DNA of 57,305 nt from Gemmatimonadales bacterium (lineage in GTDB: Bacteria > Gemmatimonadota > Gemmatimonadetes > Gemmatimonadales > GWC2-71-9). Position numbers and translations under genes: made by a program. The notes beneath the pieces were generated by a model that did no database searches, was not told the DNA's origin, and saw only the letters and a program-made list of their open reading frames with translations. Below, piece by piece: positions 18,348-26,756 of this stretch (position 1 is the first letter of the stretch; every line of letters begins with the position of its first letter). Location of the stretch: positions 1-57,305 of the forward strand of contig DAIQBJ010000002.1 in NCBI GenBank assembly GCA_036781225.1, read 5' to 3'.

Positions 18348-19174
18348 GAACTCACCGCGGCATCACCGACACCCAGCTTCCGCAACACGCCGGCACCAAC
18401 CAGGACCAACCCATACATGCACACGATCAGCGGCCCTGTCGGGAAGTTGCCAACGTAGGAGATGTATAGTCCGAGCGCGGATGCGAGGGCGCCGGTACCC
18501 CATGAAATGAGCACCATCTTCTTGATGTCTCGGCTAAACAGGAAGGCCACGACCGCGGGCACGACGAGCATCGTGAACACCAGCAGCACGCCAGCGACGG
18601 GCACCGACATCGTGACGGCTACGCCGAACGACACGTAGAACAGAAAGTCCCACGCGCGAATGTGCCAGCCTTCGCGCTCCGCCTCGTCGGGGTGGAAAGA
18701 GATCTTGAGAAACTGTTTGCGCAAGGCGAAATGGAGCAATCCCAACCCCGCATACGCGGCCCCCTTCTTGACGATCGTGGGCCACGTGATCCAGATGATC
18801 GAGCCTTCCAGCACGTCGTGCAGCGCTTCCGCGCCGCGCGGGGCTTTGTCGGCGACCAGAATGGCCGCCGCCGACGCGGCCACGTATACGATGCCGATGA
18901 TGGCCTCATGTGGGACCCGCCCTTTCCCGCGGGTCCGGGTCAGCGCGAATAATGCCGCACCGATGCACGTAAACACGAGAGAGAAGATGAATGCCGTTCG
19001 TGAATCCGGCGCGACGCCATAGAGCAGGGCCACGACGCTTCCCAATCCCGCCATCTGTGCCAGGGACAGGTCGACGAAGATGACCTCCCGCGCGATGACA
19101 TGCAGGCCGAGGTACGAGTGAATGGCAACCAGCACCATGCACGCGACGAACGGCGCAAACATGAATTGCAACAC
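18344..19174 (-). CDS. Metal ABC transporter permease (ABC-3 / ZnuB-MntB-TroC type)
   Basis: The protein is hydrophobic with about 8-9 helices. The N-terminus FAPFVACMVLVAIHSYLGLHVIAREVIFVDLSLAQMAGLG fits ABC-3 permeases. I chose GTG 19174 as the start because it follows a GAGGGAGA Shine-Dalgarno-like sequence. The ORF-track start at 19252 would overlap the upstream gene. Confidence 0.75.
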   Translation of the reverse strand: MLQFMFAPFVACMVLVAIHSYLGLHVIAREVIFVDLSLAQMAGLGSVVALLYGVAPDSRTAFIFSLVFTCIGAALFALTRTRGKGRVPHEAIIGIVYVAASAAAILVADKAPRGAEALHDVLEGSIIWITWPTIVKKGAAYAGLGLLHFALRKQFLKISFHPDEAEREGWHIRAWDFLFYVSFGVAVTMSVPVAGVLLVFTMLVVPAVVAFLFSRDIKKMVLISWGTGALASALGLYISYVGNFPTGPLIVCMYGLVLVGAGVLRKLGVGDAAVSS

Positions 19175-19199
19175 GATTGTTCTCCCTCTCGGGTGGTGA

Positions 19200-20243
19200 C
19201 TAGCGGCCGGTGGTGGCGGTCGCCGTGAACGCCTCGGCGAGCGAGCCGACAATGGTGTTGATCAAATCGAAGAACGTATTCACGCCGGGCGCGCCACCGA
19301 CATTCGAAGGCACGATCACCGCCTTGGCCCCCGTGCGCTCGGCAACCTGGCGAATCTGGTTGTGGTCGAAGTATCCGGGGGACAACAGCACACGTACATG
19401 CCGCTGCTGCATCAGGTCGATCAGCTCGCGGACGTGCTTTGGCGTGGGCGGAATGCCGGGCTTCGGCTCGATGTAGTCGACGCAGGGAATCCCGAACTCG
19501 CGCGAGAAGTAATCCCATTCCTTGTGGTAGCACGCCATCTCGCTGCCGCGGAATACCATGCCCTGCTTGAGCCAGCCGCCGAGCCGGTCGGTGAGCGGGG
19601 CGCCCTTGTAGCGCCGCTGACTCAGGAAGTCGAACAACTTCCCCTGGCGGTCGAGATCAGCCAGTGTCTGGCCGCCGAGGAGGGAGACCAGCTCCTCGCC
19701 ATACAACGCGCGGTACACACGATCCTCGAAGTCCCGTTCACGGCTGGTGAAATAATCAGCGTTCTCCGGCGATACGCGCTTCAGTCCCGTGAGAATGTTA
19801 CGCGCGATCTGCACGCCGTTGAGCGGCTCGGTCCAGATATGGGGATTCCCGAATACGTGAATGTCCCCCTGCGTGCGGGAGTAGCTCGCCGGTACATCGA
19901 GCAGCTGGACACCGCTGTACGCGGCGACGTAGCCCGGCCCGCCTTCCGTCACCTTCGGGTTGCCGGCTTTGTCGAGCAGGGCGGGGACCCAGAGCTCGAG
20001 ATCGAGACCGGTGGTGACGAAGACGTCGGCGTTGGCGAGCAGCGGTACGAAGCTGGGCTTCGGCTGCACGTAGTGGGGGTTTTCGTCGCCCGTGGCGATC
20101 GCGTTGACCTCGCCGCGGTCGCCCACGATCTCGCGGGCGATGGCGGCATATGTCGTCAGCGAGGTCACGACCTTCACGGGTGCCGCGTGCGGCGGCGTAG
20201 GGCCGCCGGACAAACTCAGCAGCAAAGGAATGATGTGTATCAT
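19200..20243 (-). CDS. Cluster-A metal ABC transporter substrate-binding protein (ZnuA/TroA-like)
   Basis: Blocks VKVVTSLTTYAAIAREIVGD..AIATGDENPHYVQPKPS and IHVFGNPHIWTEP give the His ligand-type motifs. The start ATG 20243 (MIHIIPLLL...) overlaps the upstream stop by 1 nt. Confidence 0.8.
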   Translation of the reverse strand: MIHIIPLLLSLSGGPTPPHAAPVKVVTSLTTYAAIAREIVGDRGEVNAIATGDENPHYVQPKPSFVPLLANADVFVTTGLDLELWVPALLDKAGNPKVTEGGPGYVAAYSGVQLLDVPASYSRTQGDIHVFGNPHIWTEPLNGVQIARNILTGLKRVSPENADYFTSRERDFEDRVYRALYGEELVSLLGGQTLADLDRQGKLFDFLSQRRYKGAPLTDRLGGWLKQGMVFRGSEMACYHKEWDYFSREFGIPCVDYIEPKPGIPPTPKHVRELIDLMQQRHVRVLLSPGYFDHNQIRQVAERTGAKAVIVPSNVGGAPGVNTFFDLINTIVGSLAEAFTATATTGR

Positions 20244-21499
20244 CAGTAGGTCTCGTGTTTGTGTGGACCGATGGCCCAGACCGCCTGCAACGCGAACTGG
20301 TTGGTGGCGTTCACGCCCTCCACCTTCTCCCATCGATATTGAGCGCGCAGGAACACCCACTCGCTTTCCCACCATGTGAGCGTCGGGATGACCTGCTGCG
20401 TGATGGTGCCGAATTCGGGCGACTCGACGTAATCATACCGTACGCCGGCAATCCAGCGCTGGTCGAGCTTGTACGTGCTGCTGACGTAGCCGCCGAGGCG
20501 CGTCGGTCCGGTGCCGGCGATCTGCTTGCGGAGTGCGAGGAGCTCGCCTCGCAGCGTCCATTCGCGATACAGCGCCTGTGCAGGCGGTCGCCACGTGAGA
20601 CGGAAGTCGAGCCCCCCGACGCCGGTCTTCATCGTCGAGTCCGGATTGGTGCCATACAGCGCACTCGCTCCGATCTGCATGTACGTCGAGCGGCTGAGCT
20701 GCCAGAAGTTCAGCAAGTGCCCGAGATAGGTTGGCCGCCCGCTGCCGCCGAACAGCTCCGCGTCGCTCTCGCTGAGCGTCATTTGCACCGTCAGCTCGTG
20801 CGTGCCGAAGCCGCTGAACGCCCGGTACAGCGACAGTCCCGTGCCGGCGAGGCCATCCTCGCCGAGAAACGTTTTCAGCACGAGCGGATATTCGGTTTCC
20901 GGAACGGCGTGGAGATGCCAGCGATTCAGCTCGCCGAACTGCTGCCGGTACTTTCCGAGATCCAGACGCAAGTGGCCGGGCAGACCGGTCCAGTAGGCGT
21001 ATCCCTCCTCCACGCCCACGCTGCCGTTCTCGAACGACAGGAAGATCTTCGTGTGTGAGTAGGGATCGAGCGCTGACTGAAACCCGATCTCGAATTCTCG
21101 TGGCTCGAAGTTGTTGTGCTGGAGCTCACCGGTCGTGGCATATGCGCGCACATCGCCGGTGGCGCTGATTTCGGGGTTGAGCTGCGATTGATTTCGCTCA
21201 CGACCGACGAATTGACGCGCCGATGAGGTATCGGCGCGCTGCGTCGTGTCCTTGCCGATGACCCCGGCGGCGGCGGCCCGCAATGCGGCGATGTCGGTGT
21301 CTGCCGCAGCACGCGTCGTATCCGGCCGTATGCCGGAGCGGACCAGCGCCGCCCGCAGCGAGTCGAGGCGCGCACGGAGTGCGCGCACTTCGGCCGCCAG
21401 CGAATCCAGCTGCCGCTGTGCGGGTTGCTGCGCGCCTAGCTGGGTGGTGCAACACGCGGCTGCCAGCAATGCCGCGCATAGAGTGCGTGTCATGTTCAC
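20243..21499 (-). CDS. Outer-membrane porin-like beta-barrel protein with N-terminal coiled coil
   Basis: A signal peptide (MNMTRTLCAALLAAACCTTQLGAQQ) is followed by the heptad-like region LDSLAAEVRALRARLDSLRAAL. A long stretch of amphipathic beta-strand pattern follows, ending in an aromatic residue (..HETY). Confidence 0.6.
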   Translation of the reverse strand: MNMTRTLCAALLAAACCTTQLGAQQPAQRQLDSLAAEVRALRARLDSLRAALVRSGIRPDTTRAAADTDIAALRAAAAGVIGKDTTQRADTSSARQFVGRERNQSQLNPEISATGDVRAYATTGELQHNNFEPREFEIGFQSALDPYSHTKIFLSFENGSVGVEEGYAYWTGLPGHLRLDLGKYRQQFGELNRWHLHAVPETEYPLVLKTFLGEDGLAGTGLSLYRAFSGFGTHELTVQMTLSESDAELFGGSGRPTYLGHLLNFWQLSRSTYMQIGASALYGTNPDSTMKTGVGGLDFRLTWRPPAQALYREWTLRGELLALRKQIAGTGPTRLGGYVSSTYKLDQRWIAGVRYDYVESPEFGTITQQVIPTLTWWESEWVFLRAQYRWEKVEGVNATNQFALQAVWAIGPHKHETY

Positions 21500-21566
21500 T
21501 GTCCTCTCCTGTCATTACGAAGGACTGCTGAGCGCTCCGCGAGTCTGCGAAGCGGTCGCGACGACG

Positions 21567-21902
21567 TCAGGAGAGGAGCGTGGGTGGGGCTCGAGCGGGG
21601 GCCGCGAGTCTGGAAACCGAGCGGACGGATACAAACGACTGAGTGTGCGTGAACCGCACCCCGGCGAGTGGGATCTCGACGGTGAAAACCTGCTGCGCCA
21701 CAACGCGCGCGTTGGCGTAGTGGCAGAGCGCGCAGCGCAACTCGTCGTGCAGGATGGCGCACCGCGCGCTGTGGCTCGCTTCGACACCGGGGGGTGCCGC
21801 CACCACGTCGCGCGCATGCGCGAGCGTGACGGCGCCGCCGCCCAGCACCTGAATCGCGAGCAGCATCCCCAGCGCAGTACGTTTCAGCATGGTCTCCTTC
21901 AT
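21567..21902 (-). CDS. Small secreted His/Cys-motif protein, copy B (paralog of 12781-13128)
   Basis: The signal peptide is MLKRTALGMLLAIQVLGGGAVTLAHA, followed by the core EASHSARCAILHDELRCALCHY and the C-terminal tail ARAPPTLLS. The start overlaps the nfo stop (ATGA). Confidence 0.55.
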   Translation of the reverse strand: MKETMLKRTALGMLLAIQVLGGGAVTLAHARDVVAAPPGVEASHSARCAILHDELRCALCHYANARVVAQQVFTVEIPLAGVRFTHTQSFVSVRSVSRLAAPARAPPTLLS

Positions 21903-22765
21903 ACGCCCGCGGCGGCGCGTGTGTTGCCGCGCGCATACGCGCGCAGCCGCCGGAGCATCCGCCGGTCGTGCCGCAGCGGGTCATCCCGCTTTGGCGTTTC
22001 GATAATTTTAATGACTCGCGCGAGACCAGGGTCTCGCATGATCCGCCGGAACGGCTCGGGGCCGATCTTGCCCTCCGCGATCCATTCGTGGCGGTCCACC
22101 CGCGAACCGGCCGCCGCGCGTGAGTCATTGAGATGCAAGCACTTAAGCAACTCCAGCCCGATCACGCGATCGAACTCCTCCCACACCCGCTCCACGTGTG
22201 CCAGATCGTAGCCCACCGCGTGCAAATGCGCCGTGTCGAGGCAGAATCCCACGCGCGTCCGGAATGCGTCAGGCAGCGCGTTGCGCAGCTCGCGCAGCTG
22301 CTCGAACGTCGCCCCCAACGCTGTCCCCGATCCCGCCGTGCCTTCGATCCACACTTGCACGTCACCGGGGACCCCCGCGAGGCACTCGGCGTAGGCGGCG
22401 GCGTTCCGTTCGAGTCCCGCGTCGCGGTCGTCCATGTAGTTCCCCGGATGCGACACGACCGCCCGCAGGCCGAGCGCACGCGATCGGTCCAACTCGCTCG
22501 TGAAGCTCTGCATGCTGCGCGCGCGCAATACGGGATCGGGCGAGGCCAGATTGATCAAGTAACTGTCGTGTGCGACGACGGCCTCCAAGCGATGGCGACT
22601 GACCTCACTCCTGAATTGCTCGACGGTTGCCGTCGCGAGCGCCGGTTCGCGCCACTGGCTCGGCGTCTTGGTGAAGAGCTGGATCGCGGTGGCGCGTAAC
22701 GCACCGCCGCGTGCCGGCGCGGCCGCCACGCCGCCCTGGCTCGAGACATGGGCCCCGAGCATCAC
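21899..22765 (-). CDS. nfo: Deoxyribonuclease IV / AP endonuclease family 2
   Basis: The protein is 288 aa. Motifs are MLGAHVS..GG, AHDSYLINLASPD, VVSHPG, CLDTAHL and CLHLNDS..GSRVDRHEWIAEG. Confidence 0.9.
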   Translation of the reverse strand: MMLGAHVSSQGGVAAAPARGGALRATAIQLFTKTPSQWREPALATATVEQFRSEVSRHRLEAVVAHDSYLINLASPDPVLRARSMQSFTSELDRSRALGLRAVVSHPGNYMDDRDAGLERNAAAYAECLAGVPGDVQVWIEGTAGSGTALGATFEQLRELRNALPDAFRTRVGFCLDTAHLHAVGYDLAHVERVWEEFDRVIGLELLKCLHLNDSRAAAGSRVDRHEWIAEGKIGPEPFRRIMRDPGLARVIKIIETPKRDDPLRHDRRMLRRLRAYARGNTRAAAGV

Positions 22766-23445
22766 AGCTCTTCCGTGAACGCGAGCCGGGAGATCAGCGG
22801 CACGAACCGAACTCCACCGGCTCCGCGCTGCTGCACGGCACCGCCATTCGGCGGCCGTTCCAGGATGACCAGCTCTTGTGCTAAGAGGTCACCGATGGGG
22901 ATGACCAGGCGGCCTCCGGGTGCGAGTTGAACGACGAGGGGTCCGGGGATACGCGGCGCCGCAGCCGCCACGATGATGCCGTTGAATGGCGCTTGCTCCG
23001 CCCAGCCCTGGGCGCCATCGGCGAGCTGCGTCTCGATGTTGGTGAGGCCCAGGCGGCGGAAGCGTTCTTCGGCTTCGACCAGTAGATCGGGAAGACGCTC
23101 GATCGTGAAGATCTTGCCCGAAGGGACGAGGCGCGACAGCACGGCCGTTTGATACCCCGAGCCCGTGCCGATTTCGAGGATGCGGTCCGAGCGGCGAGGG
23201 GCGAGCTCGTGGGTCATGAGCGCGACCACGTAGGGCTGCGAAATCGTCTGCCCGTTCCCGATGGGGAGTGGCGCGTCGCTGTAAGCCTCGGCGGCAAGGT
23301 GAGGCGGCAGGAACCATTCGCGGGGCACCCACCGCATCGCGGCCAGTACCCGTTGATCCCGAATTCCCCGGCCCGCGAGCTGGCGCATGACCATCCGCGT
23401 CCGGGCGTCGAGTGTCTCCAACGCGGGATGTGCTTGCCCGGGCAT
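22762..23445 (-). CDS. pcm: Protein-L-isoaspartate O-methyltransferase
   Basis: Blocks GQTISQPYVVALMTH and the SAM-binding ILEIGTGSGYQTAVLS are present, with a C-terminal GGRLVIPIG block. Confidence 0.9.
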   Translation of the reverse strand: MPGQAHPALETLDARTRMVMRQLAGRGIRDQRVLAAMRWVPREWFLPPHLAAEAYSDAPLPIGNGQTISQPYVVALMTHELAPRRSDRILEIGTGSGYQTAVLSRLVPSGKIFTIERLPDLLVEAEERFRRLGLTNIETQLADGAQGWAEQAPFNGIIVAAAAPRIPGPLVVQLAPGGRLVIPIGDLLAQELVILERPPNGGAVQQRGAGGVRFVPLISRLAFTEEL

Positions 23446-23491
23446 GCGCTGAACTATACCTTGGCCCCGGCCCCTGCGCGCGAGAGCCGCT

Positions 23492-24904
23492 GTGCCGGAC
23501 CTCTTTCGTCATCGCATTCTCCTGCTCGGGAATCCCACGAGCCGGCCCGAAGGTCTCGAGCGCGTGCTCGTCGGAGGCGGTTTCCAGGTAACCGAAACCG
23601 CGGCAGGCCCTCCACCCGATTTCATTTTGTACACTCCCGATCCCGGCCTCACCAGCATCGCCGACGAAGTGCGCGCGCTCGTGACGCGCCCGGAGTACGG
23701 CGGCGCGCCGCTGTTCGTGCTGCTGGGCGCGGGCCGCTTCAACACGGCGACTGAAGCGCTCCTGGCCGGTGCGCGCGACGCCCTGGTTGCTCCCATTCAC
23801 CTCCCCGAGCTGCGCGCGCGACTGGACGTCCACATCCGCATGCGCACCGAGGTCCGCGAGGCGCAGGAAGCGCTGCGCGCCCGCGATCTGCTGTTCGACA
23901 TTTTTCAGGAGGTGTCCTCGGCGCTCCGCGCCGATGAGATCTTTCAAACACTGGTGCGGCGCGTCGGCCAGGCGTTTGGCCTGTCGCACTGCTCGTTCGT
24001 ACTGACGGCACCGGGGGAAGACAAGGGCAGAGTCGTGGCGGTGTACGAGAACCCGGCGATCCGCGATCTGCGCGTCGATCTTGCGCGCTATCCCGAAATT
24101 CAAGAGGCGATCCGCACGGAACGTCCCGTCGTGATTCACAATGTGCACGAGGATCCGCTGTTCGCGACGATCCGCCGGCATTGGAGCCAGCAGCACGTCG
24201 AGGTGAACGTGCAGGCCGCTGTGGCGCTGCCGGTGTTCGTGCAGGGGCGCGCGGCCGGCGTCTTCTTTTTGCGCACCGAGAAGGGCGATCCGCAGCTCAG
24301 GGCGGCGGACGTCGCCTTCGCGAATACGATCGCGCAGGCGGCGGCGCGGGTGCTCGAGAACGAAGAGCGGCGGTCGGCGATTTATCGCCGGCAGATCAGC
24401 GCCGGGACCACGGACGAGCTGACGGGGTGCGCCTCACTCGACGCGCTCGATCGGCGGCTGCGCGATGAATTCGAGCGCGCGCGCCGCTACTCGCTTCACT
24501 TCGCACTCGTGCTGATCGACATCGACCGCCTGCGGGACATCAACGAGCGTCAGGGCCAACCCGCCGGCGATCGCGTGCTCGGTGAGATCGGCGCGATTCT
24601 GCAGCGTGAGCTGCGGGCGCCGGACTTCGTCGCTCGCTACGGTGGTGACGAGTTCGCCTGTGTGCTTCCGGAGACGGATGGACCGGGTGGCCGCCGGTTC
24701 ATCGAACGGCTGCGCCAGGTTTTCACCCGTCATACGTTTGCGGATCTCGGTCCCACCAAGACGCCGACGATTTCCGCGGGCGTCGTGGCGTATCCCCACA
24801 GCGAGGTGCTCCGGCCCGAGGATCTGTTCACGCTTGGGGAAGGAGCGCTCCAGAACGCCAAGGACGCGCCCGACCGGATCGCGGTCGTGGGGGACACAAG
24901 TTAA
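23492..24904 (+). CDS. Diguanylate cyclase: pseudo-receiver, GAF and GGDEF domains
   Basis: The N-terminal receiver-like fold lacks the acidic pair (LLLGNPTS) and the conserved Lys (LVAPI). A central GAF-like region follows. The C-terminal GGDEF domain has an intact active site (ARYGGDEFACVL) and an RxxD I-site (RAPD) five residues upstream. Confidence 0.85.
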   Translation: MPDLFRHRILLLGNPTSRPEGLERVLVGGGFQVTETAAGPPPDFILYTPDPGLTSIADEVRALVTRPEYGGAPLFVLLGAGRFNTATEALLAGARDALVAPIHLPELRARLDVHIRMRTEVREAQEALRARDLLFDIFQEVSSALRADEIFQTLVRRVGQAFGLSHCSFVLTAPGEDKGRVVAVYENPAIRDLRVDLARYPEIQEAIRTERPVVIHNVHEDPLFATIRRHWSQQHVEVNVQAAVALPVFVQGRAAGVFFLRTEKGDPQLRAADVAFANTIAQAAARVLENEERRSAIYRRQISAGTTDELTGCASLDALDRRLRDEFERARRYSLHFALVLIDIDRLRDINERQGQPAGDRVLGEIGAILQRELRAPDFVARYGGDEFACVLPETDGPGGRRFIERLRQVFTRHTFADLGPTKTPTISAGVVAYPHSEVLRPEDLFTLGEGALQNAKDAPDRIAVVGDTS

Positions 24905-26010
24905 TCCAGCGTCTTCTGGAATCGCCTCACCGAAAGCGCAATGAGCAGCGTCGCCATGAACAACAGGATCGCGATCTCCCGCCACAGCTCGGGTAAGCCG
25001 ACCCCCTTCAGCAGGATTCCGCGCAGCACTTTAAGGAAATGCGTCAGCGGCAGCACTGCCCCAATCCATTGGAATACTGCAGGCATCGCCTGACGCGGAA
25101 ACATGAATCCTGACAGCAGGATGTTGGGGAGTACGAAAAAGAACGCGGCTTGCATTGCCTGCTGCTGTGTGCGTACGAGCGTCGAGACAAACAGCCCCAT
25201 CGCCAGACTCGCGACAATGAAGATGAACGCGATGGTGTAAAGCAGGAGCACGTTACCAGTCAGCGGCACATCGAAGACGAATCGGCCGAGCAGCAGCACC
25301 GTCGTCATCTGGACGAGGCCAACCCCGACGTAGGGCGCGATCTTGCCGAGCATGAGCTCTGTCTTTGTGATCGGTGTGACGATGAGCTGTTCCAGCGTGC
25401 CGCGCTCGCGCTCACGCACGATCGCCATGGCGGTTACCAGGACCAACGTCATGGTGAGAATCACGCCGACGAGACCCGGCACGATGTAGTTCGGGCTGCG
25501 TAAGCCCGGGTTGTAGCGCGGCCGCACTCGCGTTTCGAGCGGCAGCTCCGTGCGGTGCGCCGCGGCCGACAGGATCGCCAGGTTACGGATCTGGGCGACG
25601 CCGGCTGCTGCCGCCAGGGCCGCCTGCGACGACAACGGATCGGAGGCGTCAACGACGACCTGGATCGTCGCGGTCGTGCCGCGCGCCAGATCGCGCGGGA
25701 AGTCGTGCGGAATCGCGATGCCCGCCTGCGCGTCGCCCTTCCCGATCCACTCGTCGAGCGCATCGCGTCCGTCCACGTGCGCCACGATGCGGAAGTTGCC
25801 CGTGTTTTCGAATGCGGCGATCAGGTCGCGACTGGTCGGCGTACGCGATTCGTCGAAGACGACCGTCGGGATGTGACGCACGTCGGTCTGGATCGCGAAC
25901 CCAAACATCATCAGCTGGATGACGGGGACACCGACCATGATGCCCAGCGTGAGCCGGTCGCGGCGCATCTGAATGAATTCCTTGCGGAACATCGGGATGA
26001 AGAGCCTCAC
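24901..26010 (-). CDS. ABC-2 type exporter permease (YbhS/YhhJ-like)
   Basis: The 369-aa protein has one N-terminal TM helix, a large periplasmic loop and then five C-terminal TM helices. It is coupled to the ATPase gene by a 4-nt overlap. Confidence 0.8.
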   Translation of the reverse strand: MRLFIPMFRKEFIQMRRDRLTLGIMVGVPVIQLMMFGFAIQTDVRHIPTVVFDESRTPTSRDLIAAFENTGNFRIVAHVDGRDALDEWIGKGDAQAGIAIPHDFPRDLARGTTATIQVVVDASDPLSSQAALAAAAGVAQIRNLAILSAAAHRTELPLETRVRPRYNPGLRSPNYIVPGLVGVILTMTLVLVTAMAIVRERERGTLEQLIVTPITKTELMLGKIAPYVGVGLVQMTTVLLLGRFVFDVPLTGNVLLLYTIAFIFIVASLAMGLFVSTLVRTQQQAMQAAFFFVLPNILLSGFMFPRQAMPAVFQWIGAVLPLTHFLKVLRGILLKGVGLPELWREIAILLFMATLLIALSVRRFQKTLD

Positions 26011-26756
26011 GTTTGCTGCTCCTGCTCGTCCCGCTGCTGCAGAATGATGAACGCATCCTCGAGGTCCTGGCCGCCGACCTGCTGCGCGACTTCATCGGGC
26101 GTTCCCAGCGCAATCAGATGCCCCTGGCTGAGCAACGCGACGCGCCCGCACCGACCCGCCTCGTCCATGTAATGGGTCGTGACGATCACGGTGGTGCCTT
26201 GTTCCGTAGCCAGCCGATGGATGGTCTGCCAGAAGCCGCGGCGGGCCGCGGGGTCGACGCCGGCGGTCGGCTCGTCGAGGAACAGCACGCTCGGCTGGTG
26301 CATGAGGGCACACGCCAACCCCAGCCGTTGCTTCCAACCGCCTGACAGCGTTCCGGCGAGCTGGTCGAGACGGCGGTCCAATCCGAGAAACGCGACCACC
26401 TCGGCGATGCGGCCGCGGCGGCTGGGACCCTCGAGCCCGTAGATCCCGCCGTAGAAATCCATGTTCTCGGCGACCGTCAGGTCCTCGTACAGGCCGAACC
26501 GCTGCGACATATAGCCGATCAGCTCTTTGATCTTGTCGGGCGCTTCGCGGACGTCGACGCCGGCGACGATGGCCGTGCCCTCGGTGGGGGCAATCAGGCC
26601 GCACAACATCCGAATGGTCGTGGTCTTGCCCGATCCGTTGGGCCCCAGCAGTCCGAAGACTTCGCCTTTGGCGATGCTGAGATTCAGATCGCGCACGGCG
26701 ACGATGGGACCGTAGCGGCGGGTGAGGTGGCGAGTTTCGACGGCGACGTCGTTCAC
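26007..26756 (-). CDS. ABC transporter ATP-binding protein
   Basis: It has Walker A GPNGSGKTT, signature LSGGWKQRL, Walker B VLFLDEPTAGVD and an H-loop TTHYMDE. Confidence 0.92.
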   Translation of the reverse strand: MNDVAVETRHLTRRYGPIVAVRDLNLSIAKGEVFGLLGPNGSGKTTTIRMLCGLIAPTEGTAIVAGVDVREAPDKIKELIGYMSQRFGLYEDLTVAENMDFYGGIYGLEGPSRRGRIAEVVAFLGLDRRLDQLAGTLSGGWKQRLGLACALMHQPSVLFLDEPTAGVDPAARRGFWQTIHRLATEQGTTVIVTTHYMDEAGRCGRVALLSQGHLIALGTPDEVAQQVGGQDLEDAFIILQQRDEQEQQT

